Notes under the pieces: generated by a model
Seen by the model: only the letters and a program-made list of their open reading frames with translations
What the model was told of the DNA's origin: nothing
Databases searched by the model: none
Shown: piece after piece, positions 10,271 to 20,830 of the stretch
Numbering within the stretch: position 1 is the stretch's first letter
Layout: the number at the start of each line of letters is the position of its first letter
Assembly (NCBI GenBank): GCA_963681965.1
Contig: OY820579.1
Location: 1,728,001-1,792,000, forward strand
Direction of reading: 5' to 3'
Source: a bacterium
GTDB lineage: Bacteria > Electryoneota > JAOADG01
DNA: 64,000 bases
Made by a program: the position numbers and the translations under genes

Positions 10271-10306
10271 CAGGGCGGGAGGCAAGTTCCGCCCTGATTT
10301 ATTTTT
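10271..10306 (+). terminator. Intrinsic terminator/attenuator hairpin immediately upstream of cysS
   Basis: CAGGGCGGGA-ggcaag-TTCCGCCCTG 10-bp stem followed by ATTTATTTTT. Confidence 0.7.
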
Positions 10307-10315
10307 GAGGCTGTC

Positions 10316-11722
10316 ATGCTGAAGTTTTACAACACCATGTCCCGAAAGATGGAAGAATTCAAACCGCTGGATCCATCCGGTAAAATCGTAAAACTCTATA
10401 CTTGTGGACCGACCGTCTACAACTATGCGCATATCGGAAATATGCGCACTTACGTCTGGGAAGATTTTCTTCAGCGAACACTAGAGTATATGGGTTACGA
10501 GGTGTTGCGGGTATTGAATATCACCGATGTCGACGATAAAACGATTCGCGACTCGCAGGCGACTCAGACTCCGTTTTTCGAATTCACCGAAAAATATACA
10601 AAGGCGTTTTTATCCGATGTCGATTTATTGCATATCGAGCATGCAACTCACTATCCTCGAGCTACCGAATTTATTCCACAGATCATCGAGATGATCGAAA
10701 CGCTGATTGCGAACGATCACGCCTACGAGGCGGATGGATCGGTGTATTTCAGGATCGCGAGCTTTGCCGATTACGGCAAGTTATCGGGTCGAGTGAACAA
10801 AGGCACTGGCAAACAGCGCGTGGTTGCCGATGAATACGACGAAAAAGAGGGTGCACAGGATTTCGCACTTTGGAAAGCATGGAAACCCGAAGACGGCGAG
10901 GTAAAGTGGGATTCTCCTTGGGGAGCGGGACGTCCCGGTTGGCATATCGAGTGTTCGGCGATGTCGAAACATTATTTAGGCGATACCTTCGATATCCATT
11001 GCGGTGGTAAAGAGCATCTGTTCCCGCATCATGAAAACGAGATTGCGCAAAGCGAAGCCAGCAGCGGCAAACAGTTCGTCAAATATTGGTTGCACGGTGA
11101 ATGGTTGCAACTCGGCGAAGAGAAAATGTCGAAGTCGCTCGGGAATATCTATACTCTTCGCGATCTCATGGATAAAGGGTATTCTCCACGGGCATACCGG
11201 TATTATATGTTGACTGCGAATTATCGGATGCCGGTGATTTTTACGTTTGACGGTATGAACGAAGCGATGCAGAAGATCGAACGCTTCGATGAATTCTGGT
11301 ACGCCTTTGAGCGCGGTACCGGAGCGGGTGCAGCCGATGAGGTCGCGCGATTGATCGCTGGTTTCGACACGCAATTTAGCGAAGCTTTGGAAGACGATTG
11401 CAATGCCGCACGGGCATTGTCGGTGGTATACGAAGCGATGCGTGCTTTTAACGGGTTGCGTTCACGCGGAATTCTGTCGTCCGACGATACGGAATCGATC
11501 AAGACTTTTTGGAAAAAAATCGATGCCGTTTTTGCATTTCTACTCCCGTGGGAAGAGAAGCAACTGCTCTCAGAGAACGAAATTGAACAGCTCATCGAGG
11601 ATCGGAAGCAAGCGCGGAAGAATAAGGATTTTTCGGCTGCTGACAGGATTCGTAAAGATTTACTGGATCGAGGAATTGTCTTGGAAGATACTCCCGGAGG
11701 GACGATTTGGCGTCGTAAGTGA
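10316..11722 (+). CDS. cysS: Cysteine--tRNA ligase
   Basis: CGPTVY, HIGN, GRPGWHIECSAM, FPHHENE and KMSKS motifs. Confidence 0.97.
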   Translation: MLKFYNTMSRKMEEFKPLDPSGKIVKLYTCGPTVYNYAHIGNMRTYVWEDFLQRTLEYMGYEVLRVLNITDVDDKTIRDSQATQTPFFEFTEKYTKAFLSDVDLLHIEHATHYPRATEFIPQIIEMIETLIANDHAYEADGSVYFRIASFADYGKLSGRVNKGTGKQRVVADEYDEKEGAQDFALWKAWKPEDGEVKWDSPWGAGRPGWHIECSAMSKHYLGDTFDIHCGGKEHLFPHHENEIAQSEASSGKQFVKYWLHGEWLQLGEEKMSKSLGNIYTLRDLMDKGYSPRAYRYYMLTANYRMPVIFTFDGMNEAMQKIERFDEFWYAFERGTGAGAADEVARLIAGFDTQFSEALEDDCNAARALSVVYEAMRAFNGLRSRGILSSDDTESIKTFWKKIDAVFAFLLPWEEKQLLSENEIEQLIEDRKQARKNKDFSAADRIRKDLLDRGIVLEDTPGGTIWRRK

Positions 11723-11742
11723 CGTATTGTCACCACACTTTC

Positions 11743-11771
11743 TTGACAAATCCATAAAATTGTATTAACCT
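11743..11771 (+). promoter_or_regulatory. Sigma70-type promoter of the tRNA-tuf superoperon
   Basis: TTGACA-17 nt-TAACCT, 16 nt upstream of tRNA-Thr. Confidence 0.75.
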
Positions 11772-11787
11772 ACCGTGTTGCTTTCAA

Positions 11788-11860
11788 GCTGACGTAGCTC
11801 AGTTGGTAGAGCTCCCGACTTGTAATCGGAAGGTCGTCGGTTCAAATCCGACCGTCAGCT
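11788..11860 (+). tRNA. tRNA-Thr(TGT)
   Basis: Cloverleaf with GCTGACG/CGTCAGC acceptor stem, anticodon loop CTTGTAA and TTCAAAT T-loop. Confidence 0.95.
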
Positions 11861-11995
11861 CCGATGACTGTCGGAGCCGATGCGTAGGATGAAAGCCAAC
11901 TGATTGTCGTCTTACGACACCGACCGGATCCTAAGCGATTCAGTCGGTTTTTCTTCGCAACGGTTTCGACTGAGTTCATTTGAGCTCTTTGACAA

Positions 11996-12079
11996 GGTGG
12001 GGTGGCCGAGTGGTTAATGGCAACAGACTGTAAATCTGTCGTGCACCGCACTACGTAGGTTCAAATCCTACCCCCACCA
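11996..12079 (+). tRNA. tRNA-Tyr(GTA)
   Basis: GGTGGGG/CCCCACC acceptor stem, ACAGA-CTGTAAA-TCTGT anticodon arm, long variable arm. Confidence 0.95.
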
Positions 12080-12123
12080 CACATCCGATTTTACGTTTTT
12101 TCCCGTAGAATCGCACTTTTTTT

Positions 12124-12196
12124 GCGGGAGTAGCTCAGTTGGTAGAGCATCAGCCTTCCAAGCTGAGGGTCGCGGGTTCGAGTCTCGTCTCCCGCT
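12124..12196 (+). tRNA. tRNA-Gly(TCC)
   Basis: GCGGGAG/CTCCCGC acceptor stem, TCAGC-CTTCCAA-GCTGA anticodon arm. Confidence 0.95.
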
Positions 12197-12266
12197 CGAA
12201 GAGGAAGCCACTCGCTTTCTCGATTTTGTCGTAGAAATTCAAGCAATCGACAAAATATGGTTATTC

Positions 12267-12339
12267 GCTGACGTAGCTCAGTAGGTAGAGCACATCCTTG
12301 GTAAGGATGAGGTCACCGGTTCGATCCCGGTCGTCAGCT
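12267..12339 (+). tRNA. tRNA-Thr(GGT)
   Basis: GCTGACG/CGTCAGC acceptor stem, CATCC-TTGGTAA-GGATG anticodon arm. Confidence 0.95.
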
Positions 12340-12397
12340 CTTTCAATTCTATCCATTATGAAAATTCATTCTGACCCAAAGTTCGAGGGAGTTTATC

Positions 12398-13588
12398 ATG
12401 GCGAAAGCGAAATTTGATCGTACAAAACCGCACGTCAATATCGGGACGATCGGTCACGTTGATCACGGTAAGACGACGTTAACGGCAGCGATCACATTGG
12501 TTTTGAGTCATCAGGGTTTGGCACAATTCCGTTCTTTCGATTCGATCGACAATGCCCCGGAAGAAAAAGCCCGTGGTATCACGATTGCGACTGCTCACAT
12601 CGAGTACGAAACGAAGAATCGTCATTATGCTCACGTTGACTGCCCGGGTCACGCCGACTATGTAAAGAACATGGTTACCGGTGCCGCTCAGATGGACGGT
12701 GCGATTATTGTTGTCGCTGCTACCGACGGTCCGATGCCGCAAACTCGCGAACACATTTTGCTCGCCCGTCAGGTTGGCGTACCGTTTCTGATCGTTTTCA
12801 TGAACAAGTGCGATGCGGTCGACGATCCGGAAATTTTGGACTTGGTCGAATTGGAAATGCGCGAATTGTTGAGCCAGTACCAATTCCCGGGTGACGAGAT
12901 TCCGGTGATTCGCGGTAGCGCTCTTGATGCTTTGAACTATCCCGACGATCTAGAAAAGAACAAATGCGTTTTGGAACTGATGGAAGCCTGCGACAGCTAT
13001 ATTCCGCTTCCGCAACGTGCAACGGATCTTCCGTTCCTTATGCCGGTTGAAGACGTATTTTCGATTACCGGTCGCGGTACTGTTGCTACCGGTCGTATCG
13101 AACGCGGTATTGTTAAGGTTGGCGAAACTTTGGAACTGATCGGTTTGGGCGCCCACAAGGATACGGTCTGTACCGGTGTTGAAATGTTCCGCAAACTGTT
13201 GGATCAGGGTCAAGCTGGTGACAACGTAGGTTGCTTGCTTCGCGGTGTGGACAAGAACGAAATCGAACGCGGTATGGTTTTGGCAAAGCCGAAATCGATT
13301 ACTCCTCACACGAAGTTCGAAGCCGAAGTTTACGTCTTGTCGAAAGAAGAAGGTGGTCGTCATACCCCGTTCTTCAACGGTTACCGTCCGCAGTTCTACT
13401 TCCGCACGACTGATGTTACCGGTGCTGTGGACCTTCCCGAAGGTATGGAAATGGTCCTTCCGGGTGACAAAGTGAGTGTGGTTGTTACGTTGATCACTCC
13501 GATCGCGATGGAAGAGAAACTCAAATTCGCAATTCGCGAAGGCGGCCGCACCGTCGGTGCCGGTTTCGTAACAAAGATTTTAGAGTAA
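12398..13588 (+). CDS. tuf: Elongation factor Tu, copy 1
   Basis: [21 protein letters not shown]; follows the Thr-Tyr-Gly-Thr tRNA cluster. Confidence 0.99.
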   Translation: MAKAKFDRTKPHVNIGTIGHVDHGKTTLTAAITLVLSHQGLAQFRSFDSIDNAPEEKARGITIATAHIEYETKNRHYAHVDCPGHADYVKNMVTGAAQMDGAIIVVAATDGPMPQTREHILLARQVGVPFLIVFMNKCDAVDDPEILDLVELEMRELLSQYQFPGDEIPVIRGSALDALNYPDDLEKNKCVLELMEACDSYIPLPQRATDLPFLMPVEDVFSITGRGTVATGRIERGIVKVGETLELIGLGAHKDTVCTGVEMFRKLLDQGQAGDNVGCLLRGVDKNEIERGMVLAKPKSITPHTKFEAEVYVLSKEEGGRHTPFFNGYRPQFYFRTTDVTGAVDLPEGMEMVLPGDKVSVVVTLITPIAMEEKLKFAIREGGRTVGAGFVTKILE

Positions 13589-13654
13589 TTCGAAATAGTG
13601 GCGTGGATAATCCGCGCCACTCTGTTATTCGGAAACGAATACAGTTCTTTGGAT

Positions 13655-13728
13655 AGGCTAGTAGCTCAATTGGCTAGAGCACCGGTCTCCAAAACCGGGG
13701 GTTGGGGGTTCGAGTCCCTCCTGGCCTG
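13655..13728 (+). tRNA. tRNA-Trp(CCA)
   Basis: AGGCTAG/CTGGCCT acceptor stem, CCGGT-CTCCAAA-ACCGG anticodon arm, G73. Confidence 0.95.
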
Positions 13729-13788
13729 CTGGATAGATAGCCCAAACAGCTTCTACAGATGTAGACCAACCGGTCGAAGAGGCATACA

Positions 13789-13983
13789 ATGAGTGAACCG
13801 ATTAAGGATAAAATTAAAGGCTACATTTCCGACGTTCGTCAGGAGATGGAAAAAGTCTCTTGGCCGACTTGGCAAGAGGTGAAATCAAGCACATGGATCG
13901 TGATTGCGCTGTCCTGTATCCTTGCGATGTTCTTGTTTGGTGTCGACCAGTTGCTGTCGCGAATCGTGAAAGCGATCCTCTAG
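13789..13983 (+). CDS. secE: Preprotein translocase subunit SecE
   Basis: EMEKVSWPT motif plus one TM helix; conserved position. Confidence 0.93.
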   Translation: MSEPIKDKIKGYISDVRQEMEKVSWPTWQEVKSSTWIVIALSCILAMFLFGVDQLLSRIVKAIL

Positions 13984-13993
13984 GAGTTAAGGC

Positions 13994-14548
13994 TTGAAAG
14001 AAATCCTGGAAAAATACTTTTATTCCCTTCACGTCTTTACCAAACACGAAGAGAAGGTGAAACACTATCTGGAGACCGAAGCGAAGCGCCTCGGTATCGA
14101 TGGGGATATGGGTCAAATCCTCATTCCGTGTGAAGAAGTGGTAGAGATGAAAGCCGGGAAGAAGAAAGTCAAGAAACGGTTGCTGTATCCCGGATATATT
14201 TTCGTCGAAATGTCGCTGACACGCGGTATGATGAATTTAATTCAGGAAGCTCCGACGACAATGGGATTGATCGGACAGGGCGGTGAACCGACTGCACTGA
14301 CTCCCGGCGATGTCGAACGCATTCACGGTCGCGTCGAAGAACGCCGCGGTAAAGCCGTTTTAGAAATTCCGTTTGAAATTGACGAACAGGTCAAGATTGT
14401 CGATGGACCGTTCAAAGATTTCATCGGTACCGTGAAAGAAATTCACGCCGAACGACACAAACTTAAGGTGATGGTTACGGTGTTTGGACGTCCGACGCCG
14501 GTGGAAGTCGATTTCCTCCAAGTCACCAACGAATTTTCGAACGAGTAG
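13994..14548 (+). CDS. nusG: Transcription termination/antitermination factor NusG
   Basis: YPGYIFVEM NGN domain; KOW domain DGPFKDF...VFGRPTPVE. Confidence 0.95.
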   Translation: MKEILEKYFYSLHVFTKHEEKVKHYLETEAKRLGIDGDMGQILIPCEEVVEMKAGKKKVKKRLLYPGYIFVEMSLTRGMMNLIQEAPTTMGLIGQGGEPTALTPGDVERIHGRVEERRGKAVLEIPFEIDEQVKIVDGPFKDFIGTVKEIHAERHKLKVMVTVFGRPTPVEVDFLQVTNEFSNE

Positions 14549-14633
14549 AGTGCCGGAACGACCCGCGGGGTCGTTTTCATTCAGTAGCGGTACGCAAAAG
14601 TGGAGCGTACCAGCATGAGAAAGAAGTAATAAG

Positions 14634-15056
14634 ATGGCAAAGAAAATCGTAGGGTATGCACGCTTGCAGTTGACTGCCGGCTCTGCCACCCCGGCACCGC
14701 CGGTCGGTACCGCCTTGGGTCCCAAGGGCGTGAATTTGATGGAGTTCTGCAAGCAATTCAATGCCCGTACTCAGGATAAAGCCGGTATGATTATTCCGGT
14801 GGTCGTCACTGTTTACGCCGACAAGAGCTTTACCTTCATCACCAAGATGCCGCCCGTAAGCTTTTTGATTAAGAAAGCAGCCGGAATCGATAAGGGCAGT
14901 AAAGTTCCGAATCGCGACAAAGTCGGCAAATTGACCCGGGATCAGATAAAGCAGATTGCCGAAACCAAGATGCCCGATTTGAATTGTGAATCGATCGAAT
15001 CTGCGATGTTGTTGGTTGCGGGAACTGCCAGATCGATGGGTATTGTCACCGATTAA
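14634..15056 (+). CDS. rplK: 50S ribosomal protein L11
   Basis: [21 protein letters not shown]. Confidence 0.98.
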   Translation: MAKKIVGYARLQLTAGSATPAPPVGTALGPKGVNLMEFCKQFNARTQDKAGMIIPVVVTVYADKSFTFITKMPPVSFLIKKAAGIDKGSKVPNRDKVGKLTRDQIKQIAETKMPDLNCESIESAMLLVAGTARSMGIVTD

Positions 15057-15108
15057 TTTTGATTTGTTAACCGGACGGACTTATCCTCCGTCCCTCCATA
15101 ACGAGCGA

Positions 15109-15140
15109 CGTGCGGGAGGCAATAGCCGTTCTACCGCGCG
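15109..15140 (+). promoter_or_regulatory. Putative L1-binding autoregulatory RNA site
   Basis: CGTGCGGGAGGC-aata-GCCGTTCTACCGCGCG matches the GGGAG/internal-loop L1 operator architecture; next to the rplA SD. Confidence 0.65.
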
Positions 15141-15149
15141 GGAGGAAAG

Positions 15150-15842
15150 ATGAAAAATAAACGCTATCGCGCCGCTTTCGCCGCAGTGGATCGCGATAAG
15201 GAATATGAACTCGCGGAAGCGGTCAAACTGGTGAAGGCGAATGCCAAAGCCAAATTTGACGAGACCGTCGAGTTAGCGGTGAATTTGGGAGTCGATCCCC
15301 GTAAAGCCGACCAAATGGTTCGCGGTACGGTTATTCTTCCCCACGGTATTGGTAAGACTGTTCGAGTTCTGGTATTGGCAAAGGGTGCGAAAGCCGAAGA
15401 GGCAACAGCCGCCGGTGCCGATCTTGCCGGTTTCGAAGAGTATATCGAGAAGATTAAGGGTGGCTGGGCAGATATCGATACGATTATTGCCACTCCCGAT
15501 GTCATGGGTGATGTTGGTAAGCTCGGTAAGATTCTCGGACCCCGCGGTTTGATGCCGAATCCGAAGACTGGTACTGTGACAATGGATGTCACAAAAGCCG
15601 TAACCGAAGCCAAAGCCGGTAAAGTTGAATTCCGAGTTGAAAAAGCCGGTATCGTTCATGTCGGTTGTGGAAAAGCCAGCTTCAGTGAAGAAGCGCTATT
15701 CCAAAATATCGACGCGGTACTGAAGACTTTGATCCGGATGCGTCCCTCTACCGCCAAAGGTATGTACGTAAAGAAGATTGCATTGTCGTCTACGATGGGT
15801 CCCGGCGTTCGCGTCACCCGCACCGCAGCGACGTTGGCTTAA
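15150..15842 (+). CDS. rplA: 50S ribosomal protein L1
   Basis: [29 protein letters not shown]. Confidence 0.98.
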   Translation: MKNKRYRAAFAAVDRDKEYELAEAVKLVKANAKAKFDETVELAVNLGVDPRKADQMVRGTVILPHGIGKTVRVLVLAKGAKAEEATAAGADLAGFEEYIEKIKGGWADIDTIIATPDVMGDVGKLGKILGPRGLMPNPKTGTVTMDVTKAVTEAKAGKVEFRVEKAGIVHVGCGKASFSEEALFQNIDAVLKTLIRMRPSTAKGMYVKKIALSSTMGPGVRVTRTAATLA

Positions 15843-15868
15843 GAGTGGTGAAAGGAGTATAGTACAAG

Positions 15869-16408
15869 ATGAATCGTCCCGATCCGCATCCGAATGCCGA
15901 CAAACGTGAGGTGGTAGAAGACCTCCGCAACCGCTTCGGTAATGCAAAATCCATCGTTATGGCGGATTATACCGGCATGACGGTAGCCGATGCCAGTGAA
16001 TTCCGGAAACTATGCCGGAAAGAAGGTATCGACGTTCTGGTTGCCAAGAATACCTTGGCAAAGTTAGCACTGAAGGATCATGGTAAAGAAGGCGCATTTA
16101 AGTTGCTGAAGGGTCAGACGATGTTTGCCGTGGCAAACAACGATCCTGCTGCCCCGATCCGAGTGTTGCTGGCTTTTGCCAAGAAGCACAACGACAAGCC
16201 GTTACTGCGCGGCATGCTGATGGACAATTCGGTGTTCGACGCCAAACAGGCGGAACAACTGAAGGATCTACCGAGCCGCGAGCAATTGATTGCCCAAATT
16301 CTTGGTTTGATCGAAGCACCGATCAGCCAGTTGGTTGGCGTGTTGCAGGAAATTTTGCGCAGCGTTCCGGCGTTGGTCGATGCCGTTTCGCAAAAACAAT
16401 CTGCTTAA
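15869..16408 (+). CDS. rplJ: 50S ribosomal protein L10
   Basis: DYTGMTV, KNTLA, LPSREQL. Confidence 0.95.
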   Translation: MNRPDPHPNADKREVVEDLRNRFGNAKSIVMADYTGMTVADASEFRKLCRKEGIDVLVAKNTLAKLALKDHGKEGAFKLLKGQTMFAVANNDPAAPIRVLLAFAKKHNDKPLLRGMLMDNSVFDAKQAEQLKDLPSREQLIAQILGLIEAPISQLVGVLQEILRSVPALVDAVSQKQSA

Positions 16409-16534
16409 TCGTACACCATCCGGGTTGAAATTAGACAAGTTTATCGAACAGTCGCACCGGCATCGTATCCGGACTGCGGCGAGTAATGAAAGAGAATCAC
16501 GAAGAGGTTCGTGATTGCTGAAAGGAGCAAGAAG

Positions 16535-16921
16535 GTGGAAAAGGTCCAGCAAATCGTATCGCAAATCGAAACTCTCACGGTTCTTGAGTTGGTCGAATTG
16601 AAAAAGGCGTTGGAAGACAAGTTTGGTGTCACGGCAGCCGCCCCGATGATGGCGATGGCAATGCCGGGTGCAGCGGTTGCAGCAGAAGCGGCACCGGTTG
16701 TCGAAGAACAGACTGAATTCAACGTCGTGTTGGTTTCGGCTGGCGAAAAGAAAATCAATGTGATTAAAGAAGTGCGTGCGGTTACCGGTCTCGGTCTGAA
16801 GGAAGCAAAAGACCTGGTCGAAGGTGCGCCAAACCCGGTTAAAACCGGTGTTTCCAAGGAAGAAGCCATGGCGATCAAAGCCAAATTGGAAGAAGCGGGC
16901 GCGGCTGTCGAAGTCAAGTAA
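16535..16921 (+). CDS. rplL: 50S ribosomal protein L7/L12
   Basis: [29 protein letters not shown]; GTG 16535 follows AAGGAG. Confidence 0.97.
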   Translation: MEKVQQIVSQIETLTVLELVELKKALEDKFGVTAAAPMMAMAMPGAAVAAEAAPVVEEQTEFNVVLVSAGEKKINVIKEVRAVTGLGLKEAKDLVEGAPNPVKTGVSKEEAMAIKAKLEEAGAAVEVK

Positions 16922-17047
16922 TATCGGGAGTGGAGACCAACTGAGTGTTATCCATCTCGTATCTTGCATGTTCGATTTGCGAATCCGGAATCGGCTCTGC
17001 CGGTTCCGGAATCGCGTCTTGTATGGTCTATCCGGAGCGGAGGCGTC

Positions 17048-20000
17048 TTGAACAAGAATAAGTACGACCATCGCATTAGTTTCGCTCGAATTCCCGAGCT
17101 GCTTCAGTTACCTGATTTGTTGGAAGCACAGCTAAAAAGCTTCGAGGAATTCCTGCAAGCGGATGTCCCGCCTGCACAGCGCAAGCAGATCGGTTTGCAG
17201 AAGATCTTTCTTTCGATTTTCCCAATTATGGACAATCGCGAAGAGAGCATTCTGGAATTTGTCGAATATTATATCGAGCCACCAAAGTTTACGATCGACG
17301 AGTGCAAGGAGCGTGCTGCTACTTACTCGTCGACCTTAAAAATCAAACTGCGACTATCGACGCGCGACGAATCGTCCGACGGTTTTGGCGAAACGATCGA
17401 ATCCGATGTATACCTCGGTTCGATTCCGCTTATGACTCCCGCCGGAACATTCATTATTAATGGTGCCGAGCGTGTTGTCGTCAGTCAATTGCATCGTAGC
17501 CCCGGTGTCAGTTTCAGTGAAACTGCCCATCCGAACGGTACGATCATTTATTCCGGTCGCATCATTCCGTTCCGCGGAAGCTGGATTGAATTCGCGACTG
17601 ATATCAACGATTGTCTTTACGCTTATGTCGATAAGCGGAAGAAATTCCCGGTTACGACGCTGCTGCGAGCGATCGGATTTCCGGAAAAAATCGATATCTA
17701 CAAGCTGTTCGACTTAGTCGAAGATCTTTATGTCGAACGCGAATTGGAATATCGCAAGCAGCACAAGCAGATTGCCGAACGCCATATCGCCGTCGATATC
17801 GGCGATACCACGACCGGTGAACTAATTGCTCACGAAAGCGATTCGTTGACCCTTGAACTCCTTCACATTCTTGAAGAGAAGGGGATCAAGAAGGTTCAAC
17901 TGTTCAAATCGGCGCGCGATGCCCGGCGCAATCTAGCGCTCGAGATTATTCAGAATACCTTTAAAAAAGACAAATCGCATGATCGCAAAACCGCGTTGGA
18001 AGTTATCTATCGCGAATTGCGCGGCAGCGATCCGCAAGACGAAGCCAGTGCGGAAAAGAATCTTGCGCGCTTTTTCTTCGATGAAAAACGCTACGATCTC
18101 GGCAGCGTAGGTCGCTACCGATTGAACAAGCAACTCGATCTATCGATCCCAATCAAGACGACGGTTTTGACTTCGGACGATATGGTGAAGATCGTTGCGA
18201 AGGTTTTGCAATTGCGGCTCGGTCAGGAAAACACCGACGATATCGACCACCTGGGTAATCGTCGAGTTCGGACCGTTGGCGAGCAATTGTCGAATCAATT
18301 TGTCGTAGCACTTTCGCGAATGGCGAGAACGGTGAAAGAGCGAATGAATATTCGCGACACCGAAAAGTTGCAACCGCAAGATCTCGTCAACGTGCGCACG
18401 GTCAGTTCCGTGATCAACACTTTCTTCGGAACGAATCAGCTTTCGCAATTTATGGATCAAGTCAATCCGCTTACGGAATTGACTCACAAGCGTCGTTTAT
18501 CGGCACTCGGACCCGGCGGTCTAACGCGCGAGCGCGCCGGCTTTGAAGTCCGCGACGTGCATTATTCGCATTACGGACGTTTGTGTCCGATCGAGACTCC
18601 TGAAGGTCCGAACATCGGTTTGATCTCATCGTTGTGTACGTTTGCGCGCATCAACGATTTGGGATTTATCGAAACCCCGTACCGTAAAGTGGATAACGGA
18701 AACGTCTCGAGTCACATCGACTATTTGAGTGCGGACGAAGAAGATCGGTACTTGATCGCTCAGGCGAATACACCATTGGATGAAACCGGCAAGATTACCG
18801 CCGAGCGTGTACAAGCACGATATCGCGGCGACTTCCCGGTAGTAAAACCGTCCGAAGTTCAATACATGGATGTGGCACCGCATCAGATGGTCTCGATCGC
18901 GGCGGCATTAATTCCATTCCTCGAACACGACGACGCCAACCGCGCATTGATGGGTTCGAACATGCAGCGTCAAGCGGTACCGTTACTCGAACCGCAAGTG
19001 CCGATCGTCGGTACCGGTCTCGAAGAACGTGCTGCCCGCGACAGCCGCGCACTGGTGTTAGCGGAACACGATGGTGTCGTGATCGATGTCGATGCCAATA
19101 GTGTCACCTTGGAAGTCGCATACCAGACGCGTAAGGGTATACAGACCAAGCATCATACTTATATGTTGAAGAAGTTCCGTCGCACGAATCAGGATACTTG
19201 CATCAATCAGCGTCCACGAGTGGCTGCCGGTCAAATCATCAAGAATGGCGATGTTTTGGCAGATGGTCCATCGACCGATTTCGGCGAACTGGCGCTAGGT
19301 CGCAATGTACTATGCGCATTCATGCCTTGGAACGGTTACAACTTCGAAGACTCGATCATCATTTCGGAACGATGTCTGCAAGACGATGTCTTCACTTCGA
19401 TTCATATTGTCGAAAAAGAATTGACCGTTCGCGAAACGAAGCGCGGTCAGGAAGAACTGACTGCGGAAATTCCGAACGTATCGGAAGAGTCGACCAAGAA
19501 TTTGGATGAAAATGGTATCATCCGGATCGGCGCTCAGGTTCTCCCGAACGACATTCTGATTGGAAAAGTCACGCCGAAAGGCGAGATGGATTTGACTCCC
19601 GAAGACAAACTGTTGAAGGCAATTTTCGGCGATAAAGCCGGCGATGTGAAAGACGCATCGTTGAAAGCCGAAGCCGGTTTGTACGGGGTCGTAATCGGTT
19701 CCGATTTATTCAGCCGCAAGAAGAAAGACGCGGCGGCAAAGCGCGACGACAAACGCCGCATCGACGATATCGACGAGAAAAAAGGTCACGAACAATCGTT
19801 ACTCAAACGCAGTGCCGAAGAGCGGTTATTCGAAATGCTCGATGGCAAAGTGTTGAAGAGTATTCGTGCGATTTCCGGTGAAATTAAAATTACCTCCGGT
19901 ACGAAATTCTCGCGCGAGATTCTGAATCAAATCAATATCGACGACCTCGACATCGATTTACCGTGGAGCGACGATGAAGATGTCAATGAAGCGGTTCAAA

Positions 20001-20830
20001 ATATCATAGGCGATTATCGCGACGATTTGCAGAATCTTGAAGTCGATGCGAAGAACGAAGTGCACCGAATTAAACTTGGCGATGAATTGCCGACCGGCAT
20101 TTTGCAACTGGCAAAGGTCCGGATCGCACAACGTCGCAAGATCAGTGTCGGCGATAAAATGGCAGGTCGCCACGGTAACAAAGGTGTGGTTGGAAAGATT
20201 GTTCCGATCGAAGATATGCCGTTCTTACCGGATGGCACCCCGATCGACATCGTGTTGAACCCACTCGGCGTACCTTCGCGTATGAATTTAGGTCAGATTT
20301 TCGAAACGGCACTCGGTTGGGTCGGTCTGAAGACTAGAACTCAATTCAAGACGCCGGTATTCGATGGTGCAACAATCACGCAAGTCGAAGATTTGTTGGA
20401 ACAGACGTTCGGTCAACGATCTTCGAAAGTTCACTTGCGCGACGGTCGCTCGGGCGAAGAGTTCGACCAGAAAGTCATGGTGGGTGTCATCTACATGATG
20501 AAACTCTCGCACCTGGTCGACGATAAGATTCACGCACGATCGATCGGTCCGTACAGCTTGATTACTCAACAACCGTTGGGTGGTAAAGCGCAATTCGGTG
20601 GTCAGCGCTTCGGTGAAATGGAAGTCTGGGCACTGGAAGCTTACGGCGCCGCGCATATTTTGCAAGAGATCATGACGGTGAAGTCCGATGACGTGATCGG
20701 TCGCTCGAAGATGTATGAGGCGATCGTAAAGGGTGTCGAAACACCAAAGCCGGGTATTCCCGAGTCGTTCGAAGTGTTGGTGAACGAATTGAACGGTCTC
20801 TGTCTTGATGTGGAGTTGACCAATGAATGA
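17048..20830 (+). CDS. rpoB: RNA polymerase beta subunit
   Basis: [34 protein letters not shown]; TTG 17048 follows GGAGG. Confidence 0.99.
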   Translation: MNKNKYDHRISFARIPELLQLPDLLEAQLKSFEEFLQADVPPAQRKQIGLQKIFLSIFPIMDNREESILEFVEYYIEPPKFTIDECKERAATYSSTLKIKLRLSTRDESSDGFGETIESDVYLGSIPLMTPAGTFIINGAERVVVSQLHRSPGVSFSETAHPNGTIIYSGRIIPFRGSWIEFATDINDCLYAYVDKRKKFPVTTLLRAIGFPEKIDIYKLFDLVEDLYVERELEYRKQHKQIAERHIAVDIGDTTTGELIAHESDSLTLELLHILEEKGIKKVQLFKSARDARRNLALEIIQNTFKKDKSHDRKTALEVIYRELRGSDPQDEASAEKNLARFFFDEKRYDLGSVGRYRLNKQLDLSIPIKTTVLTSDDMVKIVAKVLQLRLGQENTDDIDHLGNRRVRTVGEQLSNQFVVALSRMARTVKERMNIRDTEKLQPQDLVNVRTVSSVINTFFGTNQLSQFMDQVNPLTELTHKRRLSALGPGGLTRERAGFEVRDVHYSHYGRLCPIETPEGPNIGLISSLCTFARINDLGFIETPYRKVDNGNVSSHIDYLSADEEDRYLIAQANTPLDETGKITAERVQARYRGDFPVVKPSEVQYMDVAPHQMVSIAAALIPFLEHDDANRALMGSNMQRQAVPLLEPQVPIVGTGLEERAARDSRALVLAEHDGVVIDVDANSVTLEVAYQTRKGIQTKHHTYMLKKFRRTNQDTCINQRPRVAAGQIIKNGDVLADGPSTDFGELALGRNVLCAFMPWNGYNFEDSIIISERCLQDDVFTSIHIVEKELTVRETKRGQEELTAEIPNVSEESTKNLDENGIIRIGAQVLPNDILIGKVTPKGEMDLTPEDKLLKAIFGDKAGDVKDASLKAEAGLYGVVIGSDLFSRKKKDAAAKRDDKRRIDDIDEKKGHEQSLLKRSAEERLFEMLDGKVLKSIRAISGEIKITSGTKFSREILNQINIDDLDIDLPWSDDEDVNEAVQNIIGDYRDDLQNLEVDAKNEVHRIKLGDELPTGILQLAKVRIAQRRKISVGDKMAGRHGNKGVVGKIVPIEDMPFLPDGTPIDIVLNPLGVPSRMNLGQIFETALGWVGLKTRTQFKTPVFDGATITQVEDLLEQTFGQRSSKVHLRDGRSGEEFDQKVMVGVIYMMKLSHLVDDKIHARSIGPYSLITQQPLGGKAQFGGQRFGEMEVWALEAYGAAHILQEIMTVKSDDVIGRSKMYEAIVKGVETPKPGIPESFEVLVNELNGLCLDVELTNE

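Noticed and set aside
10173-10315. T-box riboswitch for cysS
   Set aside because: No GGTGGNACC T-box sequence, and too little room for stem I.
13598-13792. 64-aa ORF in the usual rpmG position
   Set aside because: It overlaps tRNA-Trp and has no L33 similarity.
18421-18520. Rifampicin- or streptomycin-resistance alleles in rpoB/rpsL
   Set aside because: Cluster I residues (Q, D, H, R, S) and the S12 PKKPNS and RVKD motifs are the sensitive consensus.
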